64,000 bases of DNA from Candidatus Poribacteria bacterium (GTDB lineage: Bacteria > Poribacteria > WGA-4E > PCPOR2b): the NCBI GenBank assembly GCA_965208675.1, contig OZ242351.1, positions 3,072,001 to 3,136,000 on the forward strand. The letters are read 5' to 3'. Positions 28,313 through 39,380 of this stretch are shown here, piece by piece. A program made the position numbers and the translations under genes. Numbering within the stretch: position 1 is the first letter of the stretch; each line of letters starts with the position of its first letter. The notes beneath the pieces were generated by a model. It was not told the DNA's origin, ran no database searches, and was given only the letters and a program-made list of their open reading frames with translations.

Positions 28313-28603
28313 TTACCCGGGACAGGCGCAAGGAACACATTCGCACTTAGGACATCCATCAGCATAAATCCGCGCGGCGTCCCCGAGATCGACATTCAGC
28401 AAACTCGCCAGTGTTGAAAGCCACGCGAACACGTCGGCCAACTCTTCCCGGAGGCGATTGGCGTTTTGAGGTTCACGGCGTATCTCCTTCGCAAGTTCGC
28501 CCACCTCTTCAGCGAACCAAACAAACGTCCGGTCCACGCCGCGTCCGGCATCCCGTTCAAAATAGATGCGCTCAATCAAACTCTGAAATTCTTGAATCGT
28601 CAT
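28313..28603 (-). CDS. MazG-like nucleotide pyrophosphohydrolase
   Basis: AEEVGELAK...REELADVFAWL; C-terminal CPKC..PCAC. Confidence 0.9.
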   Translation of the reverse strand: MTIQEFQSLIERIYFERDAGRGVDRTFVWFAEEVGELAKEIRREPQNANRLREELADVFAWLSTLASLLNVDLGDAARIYADGCPKCECVPCACPG

Positions 28604-29718
28604 CGGTCAGCTATCGGCGGATAGGGTCTCGAATCGGGCCCGATGTAGTCGGCGCGTGGACGGATAAGCCTGTTATTGGTTCGCTGCTCTATGGCGTGAG
28701 CAGCCCAACCGGTAACCCGTGACATCACAAAGATTGGCGTAAACATCGGCGTTGGGATACCGCATAGATGATAGGCTGACGCGCTGTAGAAATCGAGGTT
28801 CGGGAACAGCTTCTTTTCTCGCCACATCACCTGTTCAATACGCTCGGAGATATCGTACAGTTTGGTGTCGCCGCTTCTCTCTGAGAGTTTCTGCGACCAC
28901 TCTTTAATAATATCCGAACGCGGATCTGAGGTCGTGTAGACACGGTGGCCGAAGCCCATAATCAAGGTCTTCTTCACTAACATGTCCAGAATAGCGGATT
29001 CCGCTTCGTCCGGCGTCTCAAATCGTTCAATCAACTCCATAGCGGCTTCGTTAGCGCCGCCGTGCAAGGGACCGCGCAGCGTACCAATGGCGGCGGTAAT
29101 TGCGGAATAAATGTCGGATAGCGTTGAAGTGGCGACACGGGTAGCAAAGGTTGAAGCGTTAAATTCGTGCTCTGCGTAAAGAATCAACGACACGTCGACA
29201 GCTTTGCGGCTGACTTCATCCGGCGGCTCACCGTGCAACAGATGGAGAAAATGTCCGGCGATTGTGTCATCATCTGTTTCGGTATTGATGCGCTCACCGT
29301 TCTTCTGGAAATGATACCAATAGAGCAGCATCGAACCGAAGCTGGCAGTAAGCCGATCCACGATATTAAGCTGATTGTTTGCCTCGTTTTCCGGCTCGAT
29401 TGTGCCCAGCGCTGAACAACCGGTACGCATGACATCCATCGGATGCGCATCGCCCGGCAACTGTTCAAGGACAGTTTTAATCCCGGCAGGCAGGCTGCGC
29501 ATACCTGCTAACCGCGCTTTGTAGTCATCAAACTCAGCCTGCGTAGGCAACGCGCCGTGAATCAACAGATAAGCGACTTCTTCAAAGGTCGCGTGCTCCG
29601 CTAAATCGTGAATGGAATACCCCCGGTAGTTGAGTCCTATTCCTTCTAGTCCTACCGTGCAAATTGAAGTTTCGCCGGCAGTAACGCCGGCTAACCCCCC
29701 CGGCTTTTTAGTTTTCAT
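28600..29718 (-). CDS. prpC: 2-methylcitrate synthase
   Basis: [55 protein letters not shown]; adjacent to prpB. Confidence 0.93.
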   Translation of the reverse strand: MKTKKPGGLAGVTAGETSICTVGLEGIGLNYRGYSIHDLAEHATFEEVAYLLIHGALPTQAEFDDYKARLAGMRSLPAGIKTVLEQLPGDAHPMDVMRTGCSALGTIEPENEANNQLNIVDRLTASFGSMLLYWYHFQKNGERINTETDDDTIAGHFLHLLHGEPPDEVSRKAVDVSLILYAEHEFNASTFATRVATSTLSDIYSAITAAIGTLRGPLHGGANEAAMELIERFETPDEAESAILDMLVKKTLIMGFGHRVYTTSDPRSDIIKEWSQKLSERSGDTKLYDISERIEQVMWREKKLFPNLDFYSASAYHLCGIPTPMFTPIFVMSRVTGWAAHAIEQRTNNRLIRPRADYIGPDSRPYPPIADR

Positions 29719-30631
29719 TGGGTTCTCCCTCGCTAAGAATGCTAGCAGTTGGCTCTGCGGTTAATAGTCGATCGAGTTTCTGTTCGTATTCGTGGTAGTT
29801 TAGGAACTCATACAACTCCGATCTCGTCTGCATGTTATGCACGGCATCTCTCTGTGTCCCCTGTTGGCGTATAGTTTGATACACATTGAGCGCAGCCGCG
29901 CTCATTGCGCGAAACGCGGACAGCGGATACAGCACTAACCTCACTCCTAACGCCTTGAGTTCGTCCGTCGTGAACAGCGGTGTCTTGCCGAACTCCGTCA
30001 TGTTCGCCAAGATTGGAATGTCAACCGCATCCGTAAACTGTCGATACTGGCTGAGTTCCGACATGGCTTCAGCGAAAATCATGTCCGCCCCTGCTTCCTT
30101 ATAACGACATGCGCGTTCAATCGTCTGTTCCAACCCTTCAACAGCAAGCGCATCAGTTCTCGCCATCAGTACAAAGTCCGAATCTGTCTTCGCATCAACC
30201 GCGGCTTTAATCCGATCCACCATCTCTGCAGCGCTCACAAGCTCCTTGTTAGGGCGGTGGCCGCAACGCTTCGCTTGCACCTGGTCCTCAATGTGTATCC
30301 CTGCGGCGCCAGCCTTAATCATCTGCTGCACGGTTCGAGCAATCATGAACGCGTTGCCCCAGCCGGTATCCGCATCAACCAGTAGCGGGAGTCCTGTCGC
30401 GCTGGTAATGCGGCGCACATCCGCTAGCACATCGTTCAAACTAGTCATGCCTAAATCGGGCAGCCCGTAAGAGGCGTTGGCAACACCGCCGCCGGAAAGA
30501 TAGATCGCCCGAAATCCCACGCGTTCCGCCATCAAAGCGGCGTACGCGTTGATGGCGCCGACGACCGCCAATGGGGTTTCTATAGATAACGCCTCGCGAA
30601 AACGCCCTCCCGCCGAAGATGTTTCGATCAT
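29708..30631 (-). CDS. prpB: Methylisocitrate lyase
   Basis: [53 protein letters not shown]. Confidence 0.95.
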   Translation of the reverse strand: MIETSSAGGRFREALSIETPLAVVGAINAYAALMAERVGFRAIYLSGGGVANASYGLPDLGMTSLNDVLADVRRITSATGLPLLVDADTGWGNAFMIARTVQQMIKAGAAGIHIEDQVQAKRCGHRPNKELVSAAEMVDRIKAAVDAKTDSDFVLMARTDALAVEGLEQTIERACRYKEAGADMIFAEAMSELSQYRQFTDAVDIPILANMTEFGKTPLFTTDELKALGVRLVLYPLSAFRAMSAAALNVYQTIRQQGTQRDAVHNMQTRSELYEFLNYHEYEQKLDRLLTAEPTASILSEGEPNEN

Positions 30632-30753
30632 CTTTCATCTCCCCAATACAATCAAGCGAACGAATAGTGGGCGATCAATCGAACAGATAGTGAGGCCGAC
30701 AGGCTTCAAAACTGTAAATACTATCGCCCTCGTTATTCACTCGGTTGATCGGT

Positions 30754-30782
30754 ATTATAATGAAAAACACCGTGCCTGTCAA
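30754..30782 (-). promoter_or_regulatory. Perfect-consensus sigma70 promoter for prpB-prpC-mazG
   Basis: Minus strand TTGACA-N17-TATAAT. Confidence 0.85.
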
Positions 30783-31260
30783 TTCATGCAAATTAACCTT
30801 TATGCGGTGCAGGACTTTCAACGCCACCCGCCGCATAGCAACCACGTAATAGCGGAATCCTAATTCCTTGTTTTCGCCTCCATAAAATTGGAATCGAAGA
30901 CTATCCAATACCGTCAAAACTTAACCTGCGAAAGCCCTTCTTAAAGTCTGTAAAAGGTCTCTCTTTGCAGAATAGGCCTTTTGAACTCTCGCGGTGTCGG
31001 AAAATCAACATGGTTCAGAGCATACACAAAAACAATCACATTGTCAACTCAGATGTGTTGTTCAGTTTCGGCTTGTCAAGTGATTTAGGTAAGCCCCGCT
31101 TTTCAGTAATCTTCGTTCATATTGCGCACATTCTCTTGAGCCTCGATCAAACATCATCAGATCACGAGTGAACCCGTGTGCTTTTCCCAACTTTGGTCGC
31201 CAATCTGTATCAATTTGCTACCTAATCTGTATCAAACTTATCCTCTCACCGATAACCATT

Positions 31261-31528
31261 CATTCAAAGGGGTGCGACATTTGGCGCTATTGCACACTTT
31301 GGCGCACAACCCCCAAACCCCTGTCTAGTAAGGGTTCGCCCGCTTCCTAACCCCAATTTTCCCAAATCGTGTAGACATTTGTCGCACCCCTTTGCAAATC
31401 TCGTCAGGACGTTGCCGCTCCAGTCTGAAAAAAAATTTAAATGCCCGTATCCCTTGATACATAAGGCTTTCCGAGTCCAAACCGAGTTCAAATGGACGCG
31501 GGATTTTAGCTTTGGCATAGAAATTGCT
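31261..31528 (+). repeat. sigma54 promoter/enhancer cassette, copy B
   Basis: TTGGCATAGAAATTGCT at 31512-31528 (GG-N10-GC); upstream TGCGACATTTGGCGC-type sites shared with copy A. Confidence 0.85.
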
Positions 31529-31576
31529 TCCATTCCATGAAAACCCAATTCGTTGGGATTGAGGAGGATATCGATT

Positions 31577-32407
31577 GTGAAAAATATTGTTTTCTTCCTG
31601 CTGTTGTGTTTGATACCGAGTCAAGCACTGAGCGAAACACCAGAAGGAATGGTACGAGTACCTGCGGGCGAGTTTATCATGGGGACTGATGAGTCTCAAA
31701 CTCCTGTCGACCAACGTCCGGCGCACAAACTCTATCTAGACGCATTCTACATTGATAAACACGAAGTCACCAATGCCCAATTTGAAGAGTTTATTTTAGC
31801 AGGTGGTTATAAAAAGAAGAAGTATTGGACAGAGGCTGGCTGGGAGTTCATTCAGAAGGCTCGGTATTACTACCCCACACGGGAAACGTATCGTATTGAT
31901 GCCCCTCTAGCTTTTGGTGATAATGTCGTTTCAACTGCCCCAGACCATCCAGTCATCGGCGTAAGTTGGTATGAAGCCAACGCCTACGCAAAATGGGCTG
32001 GGAAACGATTGCCTACTGAAGCTGAATGGGAGAAGGCCGCGAGAGGCACGAAGAAAAAACGTAACTACCCGTGGGGCAATAAAATGGACTTTGAAAAACT
32101 CCACTATTTCCCGCATCAACAAAAACTCAAGCCTGTAGGCAGTTACCCAAAAGGGAAAAGTCCCTACGGGTTGTTGGATATGGCGGGCAGCGTCTGGGAA
32201 TGGTGCGCGGATTGGTATGCCGAAAATTACTATTCACAAAGCCCACCGAAAAATCCAAAAGGTCCAGATAGTGGGCAACACAGAGTTTTGCGTGGGGGCG
32301 GTTGGGCTTCGATTCGGCTTCAGCTCCAATGCACCCACCGATACGCAGAGAAACCTACACACCGGGCCTACACAGTCGGCTTTCGGTGCGCTAAAGATGT
32401 CGAGTAG
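31577..32407 (+). CDS. Exported FGE-sulfatase/SUMF1-domain protein
   Basis: RBS GAGGAGG + GTG; MVRVPAGEFIMG, FYIDKHEVTN, RLPTEAEWEKAARG, GLLDMAGSVWEWCAD, VGFRC. Confidence 0.92.
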   Translation: MKNIVFFLLLCLIPSQALSETPEGMVRVPAGEFIMGTDESQTPVDQRPAHKLYLDAFYIDKHEVTNAQFEEFILAGGYKKKKYWTEAGWEFIQKARYYYPTRETYRIDAPLAFGDNVVSTAPDHPVIGVSWYEANAYAKWAGKRLPTEAEWEKAARGTKKKRNYPWGNKMDFEKLHYFPHQQKLKPVGSYPKGKSPYGLLDMAGSVWEWCADWYAENYYSQSPPKNPKGPDSGQHRVLRGGGWASIRLQLQCTHRYAEKPTHRAYTVGFRCAKDVE

Positions 32408-32429
32408 AGAACGTGAAAGGAGATTTTTA

Positions 32430-33116
32430 ATGCGAAACCTGATTTTGCTGACCACAGCCGTTGTTTTGGTGTTAGTTGGACTTCACATATACCTAGAATT
32501 TGACAAAAACCGGTTTAATGAATTTATGGAGAACCTGCCGCCACTACCATCAGAGGTTCCACAAACTCTTGGTTCCACGGCGAGCACTGTAATAACGAGT
32601 GTAGATGAAGCGAAACAAATGGAGCAGGCAGCAGCAGCGATAGGCATGAAGCAGGCGTCAGCGGAGGCGGAAGATGCTTCCAAGACATTGCCTTCAACAG
32701 AGACGAGTGACGATGAATCAGATATTGCCGGCTGGGATACTATGGCGGGATCCGAGGAAAATCCTCTTTCGCCGCAGATAGAAGTATTATTTTCCAAGTA
32801 CCATGCCTTGAGGGAAATAAGGCGATATGTTGCGGCAGAACTTGTCCCAATGCAGCTTGAGGATATCTCCATTATTGATGAAGTAAGCGAGATTATGGCT
32901 GACGAAGGAATTATCTCAGCCGATGGAGTGGCGAGAGCAAATGCACGGATTAGAAGAGGGAAAGAGTTGGCGCCATTAATATACGAACTTCAGGACGAAT
33001 CCGAACGACTCGTTGAGGAATCCAGCGCCCTCTTGGAGGAATACGGCTTTTCATCGGAGAAAGAATTTTACCAAACCCATCGTGAAGACTATAAAGCGTG
33101 GCAAGCCGCGCAATAA
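32430..33116 (+). CDS. Membrane-anchored acidic alpha-helical hypothetical protein
   Basis: RBS AAAGGAG + ATG 32430; N-terminal TM helix, low-complexity linker, coiled-coil C-terminus. Confidence 0.75.
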   Translation: MRNLILLTTAVVLVLVGLHIYLEFDKNRFNEFMENLPPLPSEVPQTLGSTASTVITSVDEAKQMEQAAAAIGMKQASAEAEDASKTLPSTETSDDESDIAGWDTMAGSEENPLSPQIEVLFSKYHALREIRRYVAAELVPMQLEDISIIDEVSEIMADEGIISADGVARANARIRRGKELAPLIYELQDESERLVEESSALLEEYGFSSEKEFYQTHREDYKAWQAAQ

Positions 33117-33258
33117 CACCTTGACACGAAAACACCGCAACGCGGTGGATTTGTGATTCTAACTGCTTCACAAAGCAGTTGTAACACTTCCTAATGTCGA
33201 ACCGTGGTAGGTTCGCCGGGGAATACTCTCATTTTCAAAAGAAGAGAGGAGGCTTCAG

Positions 33259-33726
33259 ATGAAATCAGTTGTTGGAGCAGCCGTAACGGTAGTTTTCTGC
33301 CTCAGTTTCGGCTTTTCTGTTTCCCAAAACCTTGTTGCGTCATCAGATCTAGTCGTTTTGAGTGATTCGGAGATGATGCAGCAAACGGATGGGAAGAAGC
33401 GCCACGAACGTGTAAGTGATTGGGTGAATGAGTTCAAAGAATGTTGGCGCTATACTGTTGAAGACTGTCCCTCAGGAGGGGTTAAGGTAACTTACCCACG
33501 CTACACGTGCATCCCCTGCGATTATGATTACCTAGCATTCACGATGGAGGACGCAATTAAATCTGGAACCTCTTGGTGTATAACGACAGATGTGCGTGAA
33601 AACGGAGAATGGGTAAGAAAATGTGTTAATAGATGGAAAACAAAAAAAATGTGGCGGAATTGTAGCCTAAGAGATGGCTGTGTCCATCAAGTAGTTCGTA
33701 ACCTTAACGGAATACTGACTGTTTGA
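33259..33726 (+). CDS. Small secreted Cys-rich protein
   Basis: RBS GAGGAGG; signal peptide; LSDSEMMQQTDG segment followed by 8 Cys. Confidence 0.75.
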   Translation: MKSVVGAAVTVVFCLSFGFSVSQNLVASSDLVVLSDSEMMQQTDGKKRHERVSDWVNEFKECWRYTVEDCPSGGVKVTYPRYTCIPCDYDYLAFTMEDAIKSGTSWCITTDVRENGEWVRKCVNRWKTKKMWRNCSLRDGCVHQVVRNLNGILTV

Positions 33727-33791
33727 TCATGTCAACCGGCGGAAGGAATATAAATTCTCCTTCCGCCGCATTTTTAGTAAGGAGGCGTATT

Positions 33792-34862
33792 ATGTCTCGA
33801 ATCGCTTTGTACATTTACTTGACGCTCTCTTTTGCGGGGTCGATGTGCTACTCCCATGAACTTACTGTGGATTCGCTTATTCGCGGGGCAAATCAGGCTA
33901 GGCTTGCAATTCAGAGCGGGGAAATTCAATACTCTGTTATCGAAGTTGACCACGCCGCGCTGATGTCGGAGAGCGAGATTGCCGCATGGAGGAAAAAAGA
34001 AAAAGAGGATGAATTGAAAAACTTTAGTCAATCCGGACCTGATCCACTCTACCCCGATGTTGGACTGAAAGAGTTTGAGGAGGTTCATCTCGCAGCACAA
34101 CTCAACTTCTGGGCGGAATGGCATCGCCAACGCACCGACATTGAGAGGTGCTCAATGGCGTTTCAGGTTATGGAAAAGGGTACGCTTTATAAGATGACTA
34201 TTGAAGAACAACCGGAACTTTCCCTGGACAGTCAAGAGGCACTGCACGGTCATGCAGGTGTTTTCTACCTACTCACTTACGACACACAGACGCAGGTGAA
34301 GGAAGATCTCGGAGACATTGTGAAGCGTGCGCCTGCACCTTCGGTTCGGTTTTTTCGTGAAAATTCTTACTACGGGTTCCGGCAGTTTGCGTGGTATGGC
34401 AGGGATACAGTTCCGGCGACCGCAAGGCTGGTTGGAAAAGAGAGCAAGGATGGGGCATTGTGCCATCTACTAGCGTATGAAACGAAAAATGGAAGGCACA
34501 TAAAAAGTTGGGTTGATGTCGAGAAAGATTTCTGCATTCGACGGTTAGAAATGAGGAGAACTCAAGATGGTCCCGTGCTTTATGTCGGGGAGTATAAACA
34601 CTATCGCCGATTCGGAGAGATTTGGTATCCTGCAATCATTCAGATTTCCGTGTCTAAGAGCGACGGGACGCTTGAAAGAGTGATCACCATTGAGGTGGAA
34701 GCCGCGGAATTCAACGTGGATTTCCCAAAGGACTTCTTCAAGATTGACCCGGAATTCTACGGCAGCGCTCATGATATAAGAACACTTGAATTCGGCCGGC
34801 TTCCAACAACGTCTTCAATCGAGACCGGGGCCCCCCTGTTGCTCTCCCGGACCCGTGGTTAA
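33792..34862 (+). CDS. Secreted protein with LolA-like beta region, possibly 3'-truncated
   Basis: RBS AAGGAGG + ATG 33792; signal peptide; CHLL...SWVDVEKDF...YRRFGEIWYP...EFNVDFPKDFF. Confidence 0.7.
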   Translation: MSRIALYIYLTLSFAGSMCYSHELTVDSLIRGANQARLAIQSGEIQYSVIEVDHAALMSESEIAAWRKKEKEDELKNFSQSGPDPLYPDVGLKEFEEVHLAAQLNFWAEWHRQRTDIERCSMAFQVMEKGTLYKMTIEEQPELSLDSQEALHGHAGVFYLLTYDTQTQVKEDLGDIVKRAPAPSVRFFRENSYYGFRQFAWYGRDTVPATARLVGKESKDGALCHLLAYETKNGRHIKSWVDVEKDFCIRRLEMRRTQDGPVLYVGEYKHYRRFGEIWYPAIIQISVSKSDGTLERVITIEVEAAEFNVDFPKDFFKIDPEFYGSAHDIRTLEFGRLPTTSSIETGAPLLLSRTRG

Positions 34863-34938
34863 GCAAAGTCTAACGTGGACATTGAGTTGGCGCAAGAAAA
34901 GGTATCCTTACGCCACCAGAAACGTGTGGATTCGGTTA

Positions 34939-37092
34939 TTATCCGACCTTACTAATTTTCCCAATATTTTGAATCGACTCGCCTGCCTCCGTGGCAGCTA
35001 AAACGTAAATATAAATCCCTGCGGCAATAGCGTTGCCTCGACTGTTGTTCCCATCCCAGCGGAACTGCTTCGATCCGATTACATGCTGATGCGAGTCTTT
35101 GTAAATCAAATCACCGGCAATGGTATAAATCGTGAGTTCGACCTCATCAGCAAGTTGGAACCCGGGGATCGTATAGGAAAATATTATATCGGCGCCCCCG
35201 ACAGGAATAGGATTAGGAGAAACGCGAATACTGTCATCGAACTGCTTTCGCATCAAGGTTAACCTCCCGGATTCTATCCGAACCGCATCGGCGGTCAGGC
35301 GATAGGAATCCGTACTGCTGTAGCCGGAGCGGGACGCCACAGAAATGTAAAGCGTGGAAAACCGATCCGGTAGATAGACAATCTGTTGTTCGGCGCCTTC
35401 CACCGTTTCCCTCACCGCAACCGTGGCGCCCTTCGCGTCAAGCAGCGATAATCGGTAATCAACCTCTTCAGGGACATTTGTCAGCGTGATAATTACCGCT
35501 TGTCGCTCTGCCGCATCGAACTGGTACAAATCGCGCGGGTCATCTTCATCGAATAGGAAAGATTCATAGGTTTGGCGAAACTCGATAGGGAACGCATCGG
35601 CGAGCGTATCGTTGGGTTCATAGGTATCGCCAAACGAAACCGAAATCGACATCGTCTGTCCCTCAAAGCCGATGTTCGTGATGGAAATCCCTGAAAAGGC
35701 GCCGTCATTTGAATTGCTGCTTGGCTGCGTCGTCGGCGTAAACGTAGTTTGGTTGTCGTTAGCCGAATACGCCGCGCCGTCCGTAATAAACCTGATATCC
35801 GGACGCGCATCCGGATTATTCGGATTGATGCCGATGTGTTCGGGGTCGCTTGGATCTTCCAGCCAAATCTGTCTCGCTGCATTAACGGCCCCGCGAGGCC
35901 GCGTCTGCGTTTCATCAATGTGCCAGATGAGAATTCCCGACTCGGGCAGATGCGTATCGAACCTAGCCCCGGATTCACGGTATCGGTTTTCAATGAGGAA
36001 GAATTCTGCACTATTGCCGGAGTTCTCCGCACCGCTGGAAAAATCTATCCTGAAGAGCTTGTCATGGTGCGGCGGCAACTCAAAGCTAGGTATCTGCAAG
36101 TCGTTCACATTCTCGTTAATCACAATCGGTTCAATCCAACCCGTTCTCCCATTCTCGGGACGGGCGTCGAAGTCCCATTTCAGGTAACCCATGATATGGC
36201 TCGGCCGCAAACCGTCGCCAACGTCGCCAATCATGTCGCCTTGGTAGGGGCCGTAGAGGCCCATCAAACCCCATTTGTGATCGTAAGCGCCTGTTGCCCC
36301 CGGGTTGTATACATCGGGAGCACCGAAATCGTGGAAGAATTCATGAAAGTAAATGCCGAGGTGGGGTTTATCGAAACTCGGCTCTTCGGCAACAATGACA
36401 GCGGTGTCTACAAGCACCCCGTCAAATCGCCGATTTACGCCGCTCGCCAAAATTGACCAGATGTTTGGTCCTACCGTTCCCCTGAATGTTGAAGCCTCGT
36501 CATCGCCGGCGTGAATGACAAAAACATGGTCCACAACGCCATCTTTGTCTCGGTCATACTGCGTAAAGTCAACGATTTCATCGACGCCCGCACACGCCTC
36601 TCGAACAAGTTCCTGCAACCGGCTGTGGTTAATCCGACCCTGTCCATAAAATCCCATTGGCCGCGCGGCACGAACCCATTGATTGCCGCTGGGAACAACG
36701 CCGCCCATCGGCCCGGACTCGATATTCATCTGCCCGTAAGAAACCTCACGGTAGTAAGTTTTTAACGAAACGCCTTCGTCCGCAAATAGAAACTGGTCGA
36801 ATTCTCTTCCCGGCCGCCTCCCGCGCTGATCGTCAAAGTCAATCTTGATAGCAAGGACATACTCAATCCCGTCTGTCTGCAAGATGCTCGTTGCACGCGC
36901 TTGGCAACAGTCTTGTAAGCTGCCTACAAATGCGGAAACCTCCATCCCCGGCTTTACCGTCCACTCGCTAGTCGTAGGCTGGTAGTCGAAAAAAAGATTG
37001 GGATTCGGCGGCGCTGCAACACCACGAAGGCACCATGAGAATAATATTACAAATCCTATACCGTGAAACACGGCGCGATTAAGCGAACGCAT
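34939..37092 (-). CDS. M6 (immune inhibitor A) family metalloprotease with PPC-like and C-terminal FlgD/T9SS-like sorting domains; start uncertain
   Basis: SLKTYYREVSYG, DRDKDGVVDHVFVIHAG, HEFFHDFGAPDVY, FFLIENR, GILIWHIDE, DTYEPND, SPNPI...WDGNNSRG..IAAGIYIY. Confidence 0.9.
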   Translation of the reverse strand: MRSLNRAVFHGIGFVILFSWCLRGVAAPPNPNLFFDYQPTTSEWTVKPGMEVSAFVGSLQDCCQARATSILQTDGIEYVLAIKIDFDDQRGRRPGREFDQFLFADEGVSLKTYYREVSYGQMNIESGPMGGVVPSGNQWVRAARPMGFYGQGRINHSRLQELVREACAGVDEIVDFTQYDRDKDGVVDHVFVIHAGDDEASTFRGTVGPNIWSILASGVNRRFDGVLVDTAVIVAEEPSFDKPHLGIYFHEFFHDFGAPDVYNPGATGAYDHKWGLMGLYGPYQGDMIGDVGDGLRPSHIMGYLKWDFDARPENGRTGWIEPIVINENVNDLQIPSFELPPHHDKLFRIDFSSGAENSGNSAEFFLIENRYRESGARFDTHLPESGILIWHIDETQTRPRGAVNAARQIWLEDPSDPEHIGINPNNPDARPDIRFITDGAAYSANDNQTTFTPTTQPSSNSNDGAFSGISITNIGFEGQTMSISVSFGDTYEPNDTLADAFPIEFRQTYESFLFDEDDPRDLYQFDAAERQAVIITLTNVPEEVDYRLSLLDAKGATVAVRETVEGAEQQIVYLPDRFSTLYISVASRSGYSSTDSYRLTADAVRIESGRLTLMRKQFDDSIRVSPNPIPVGGADIIFSYTIPGFQLADEVELTIYTIAGDLIYKDSHQHVIGSKQFRWDGNNSRGNAIAAGIYIYVLAATEAGESIQNIGKISKVG

Positions 37093-37421
37093 AGCGAGCG
37101 CGATATCATTTACAGCGTCGAAGACTTTCGCCTGCGCTGATTGCGCCGTTGATCGATCCCTACAGTCGGTCAGAACTATCACCCTCCCTATTGGGTCGGT
37201 TGCACATTTTATACTGAACCTTCGGCGTTCTAAAAATTGATGCAAAATTTTTTTTGCTTGCATTCGCATAGTGAATCTGTCATAATACATCGCAAGAAAA
37301 AAGAGAATTACACGATATTTCCCCGCTCGTTTCCGGGTTCGCATTTTCTGGAAATTCAAACGAATCCATCGCACTCATCTATTACTTGTCGAAACCGTTT
37401 TCTTCTCTGAAGGAGATTAAC

Positions 37422-38192
37422 ATGTTGACCCGCGATTATCACATTCATACAAATCTCTCCCCCTGCGCAGATAGAAATTTTGATTTGGAGAAAATCGTTC
37501 AAATTCAGCAGAAGCACGGTATAAAAGCCATTGGGATCACAGATCACGATTACAGTTACAACCATAAAACCAAAAACATCGAAACAGCGCGGAAAGCCAT
37601 CAAACCGCATGAATCATCAATTACCGTTCATTTGGGTGTTGAATCGCACATGCTGGAATACCGCGTCGCCTCAATCGATATTCAACTCGCCGCCCACTTC
37701 GACTATGTTTTGATGGCGCCAAACCACTATCACTTGCGCGGTGTTGCAGCCCCTGACGATTTAAAGCATCCGAGAAAAGTCGCAATCCATGAGATTTACA
37801 TGTTTGAAGCCGCAATCGCATGCCCATTGACAGATGCAATCGCCCACCCGTTTGTGCTTAATCCGAAAGTCTTTCGCTTTTCCTCGGATGATCTGGGATT
37901 GTTCAGTGAAGAGGTCATGCGGAATGTCGATAAAAAGCGGTTAATTTATCAGTTGGACCTCGCATCTCAACGAGGTACCGGCATTGAGATAAGCCCGAAA
38001 TTTATCCGCTATAATCAAAGGCACCTGCTAGAGTTCTATCATTTGTGCCTTGAGCGGGACGTAAAACTCTTCATTGGAAGCGACGCGCACAACGATAAGG
38101 AATTGGAACAATTATCGCTGCTCGAACCTGTCTTGAAAGAGCTCGGCGTCCGTGAAGAAAACCTATGGCATCCAAAGGAATGGCGATGGTGA
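37422..38192 (+). CDS. PHP-domain phosphoesterase
   Basis: RBS AAGGAG; DYHIHT, GITDH, AHP, GSDAH metal motifs. Confidence 0.9.
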   Translation: MLTRDYHIHTNLSPCADRNFDLEKIVQIQQKHGIKAIGITDHDYSYNHKTKNIETARKAIKPHESSITVHLGVESHMLEYRVASIDIQLAAHFDYVLMAPNHYHLRGVAAPDDLKHPRKVAIHEIYMFEAAIACPLTDAIAHPFVLNPKVFRFSSDDLGLFSEEVMRNVDKKRLIYQLDLASQRGTGIEISPKFIRYNQRHLLEFYHLCLERDVKLFIGSDAHNDKELEQLSLLEPVLKELGVREENLWHPKEWRW

Positions 38193-38231
38193 TTACGAGA
38201 GGATTCCATCGGCTTCGTAAACGTTAACAAG

Positions 38232-39158
38232 TCATGACGCCAAAAATTCGCTAACCTGCGTAACCGTCGGCATTGATGGCGCCGCCCCAAGCGCAGTTAC
38301 GGCGAGCGCTCCACCCGCATTGGCAAAGGCAACCGCGTCTTCAAGCGCCTCACCCCTCGCCAGCCCAATCGCCAAGGCGCCGCAAAAAGCGTCACCCGCC
38401 GCTGTTGTATCCACGACATCCACCTTGTACGCCGGCATGCGTGTCGACATGCCGCGCTTGAACAACAACACCCCGCTATCGCCGAGCGTCAAAATCACGG
38501 CAGATACGCCCTTGCCAAGTAGTACCCTAGCGGCGCGTTCAGCGCTCTCCGAATCTGATACTTTTACGCCGGAGAGGAAATCGGATTCAACTTGGTTGGG
38601 TGTGAGTATATCAACCTGAGACAGAAAACTATCGGGTAAGTCCCGCGCCGGCGCTGGATTCAAGATGACCTTCGTTCCGCTTGACTTGGCGATTTCCGCA
38701 GCCCGTTGCGATGCCGCAATCGGCACCTCCAACTGGAGGAGCAGGACATCAGATTCAGATATGGCTGTTGCCGCTCGTTCCACATCCGCAGCGCTTAATC
38801 GCATATTGGCGCGCGGCACGATGATAATGCTGTTATCCCCGTCTACATCAATAACCGGAGACGCAACCCCGGTACCCGCTTCGGCATCTCTAACGATGTA
38901 GCCAACTTCCACCCCTTCCTCGACGAGCGCATCCATCAACGTATCTCCAAACGAATCTCTTCCCATCCGCCCAACCATCGTCACATCCCCGCCTAACCGC
39001 GCCGCAGCAATCGCCTGGTTGTTCCCTTTGCCCCCGCCGAACATGCCGAACTGCTGCCCAATAATCGTCTCCCCCTTCTGCGGCCGCCGCTCCGCCTTTA
39101 TCACCAAATCCATCATAAAACTGCCCACCACAACAACCTTGGGCTTGCGCTCGCTCAT
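38232..39158 (-). CDS. rbsK: Ribokinase
   Basis: VGSFMMDLV, GGKGNNQAIAAARLG, LLQLEVP, LNPAPA, VDTTAAGDAFCG, GAAPSMP. Confidence 0.93.
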   Translation of the reverse strand: MSERKPKVVVVGSFMMDLVIKAERRPQKGETIIGQQFGMFGGGKGNNQAIAAARLGGDVTMVGRMGRDSFGDTLMDALVEEGVEVGYIVRDAEAGTGVASPVIDVDGDNSIIIVPRANMRLSAADVERAATAISESDVLLLQLEVPIAASQRAAEIAKSSGTKVILNPAPARDLPDSFLSQVDILTPNQVESDFLSGVKVSDSESAERAARVLLGKGVSAVILTLGDSGVLLFKRGMSTRMPAYKVDVVDTTAAGDAFCGALAIGLARGEALEDAVAFANAGGALAVTALGAAPSMPTVTQVSEFLAS

Positions 39159-39343
39159 AAGAATTTTCCCATGCCGGTTTTTCTCATCCTGCAGACACGC
39201 CATAAAGCAAAATTATAGTCAAATCCTCTGCCTTTGTCAACGGCGTTGCAGCGAAGCAGACTGCGATCCTTGAAACCGAGTTTTTTCCCTCAAAACTCAA
39301 TCTTCAAGCAGATGTTTTACGCATGTTGCTGCCTCAATGGAAG

Positions 39344-39380
39344 AATCCTCCCCCTTGCCAAGGGGGAGCTAGAGGGGGTT
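39344..39380. repeat. CTCCCCCTT..AAGGGGGAG palindromic REP
   Basis: Inverted copies at ~56799-56833 and ~56929-56963. Confidence 0.7.
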
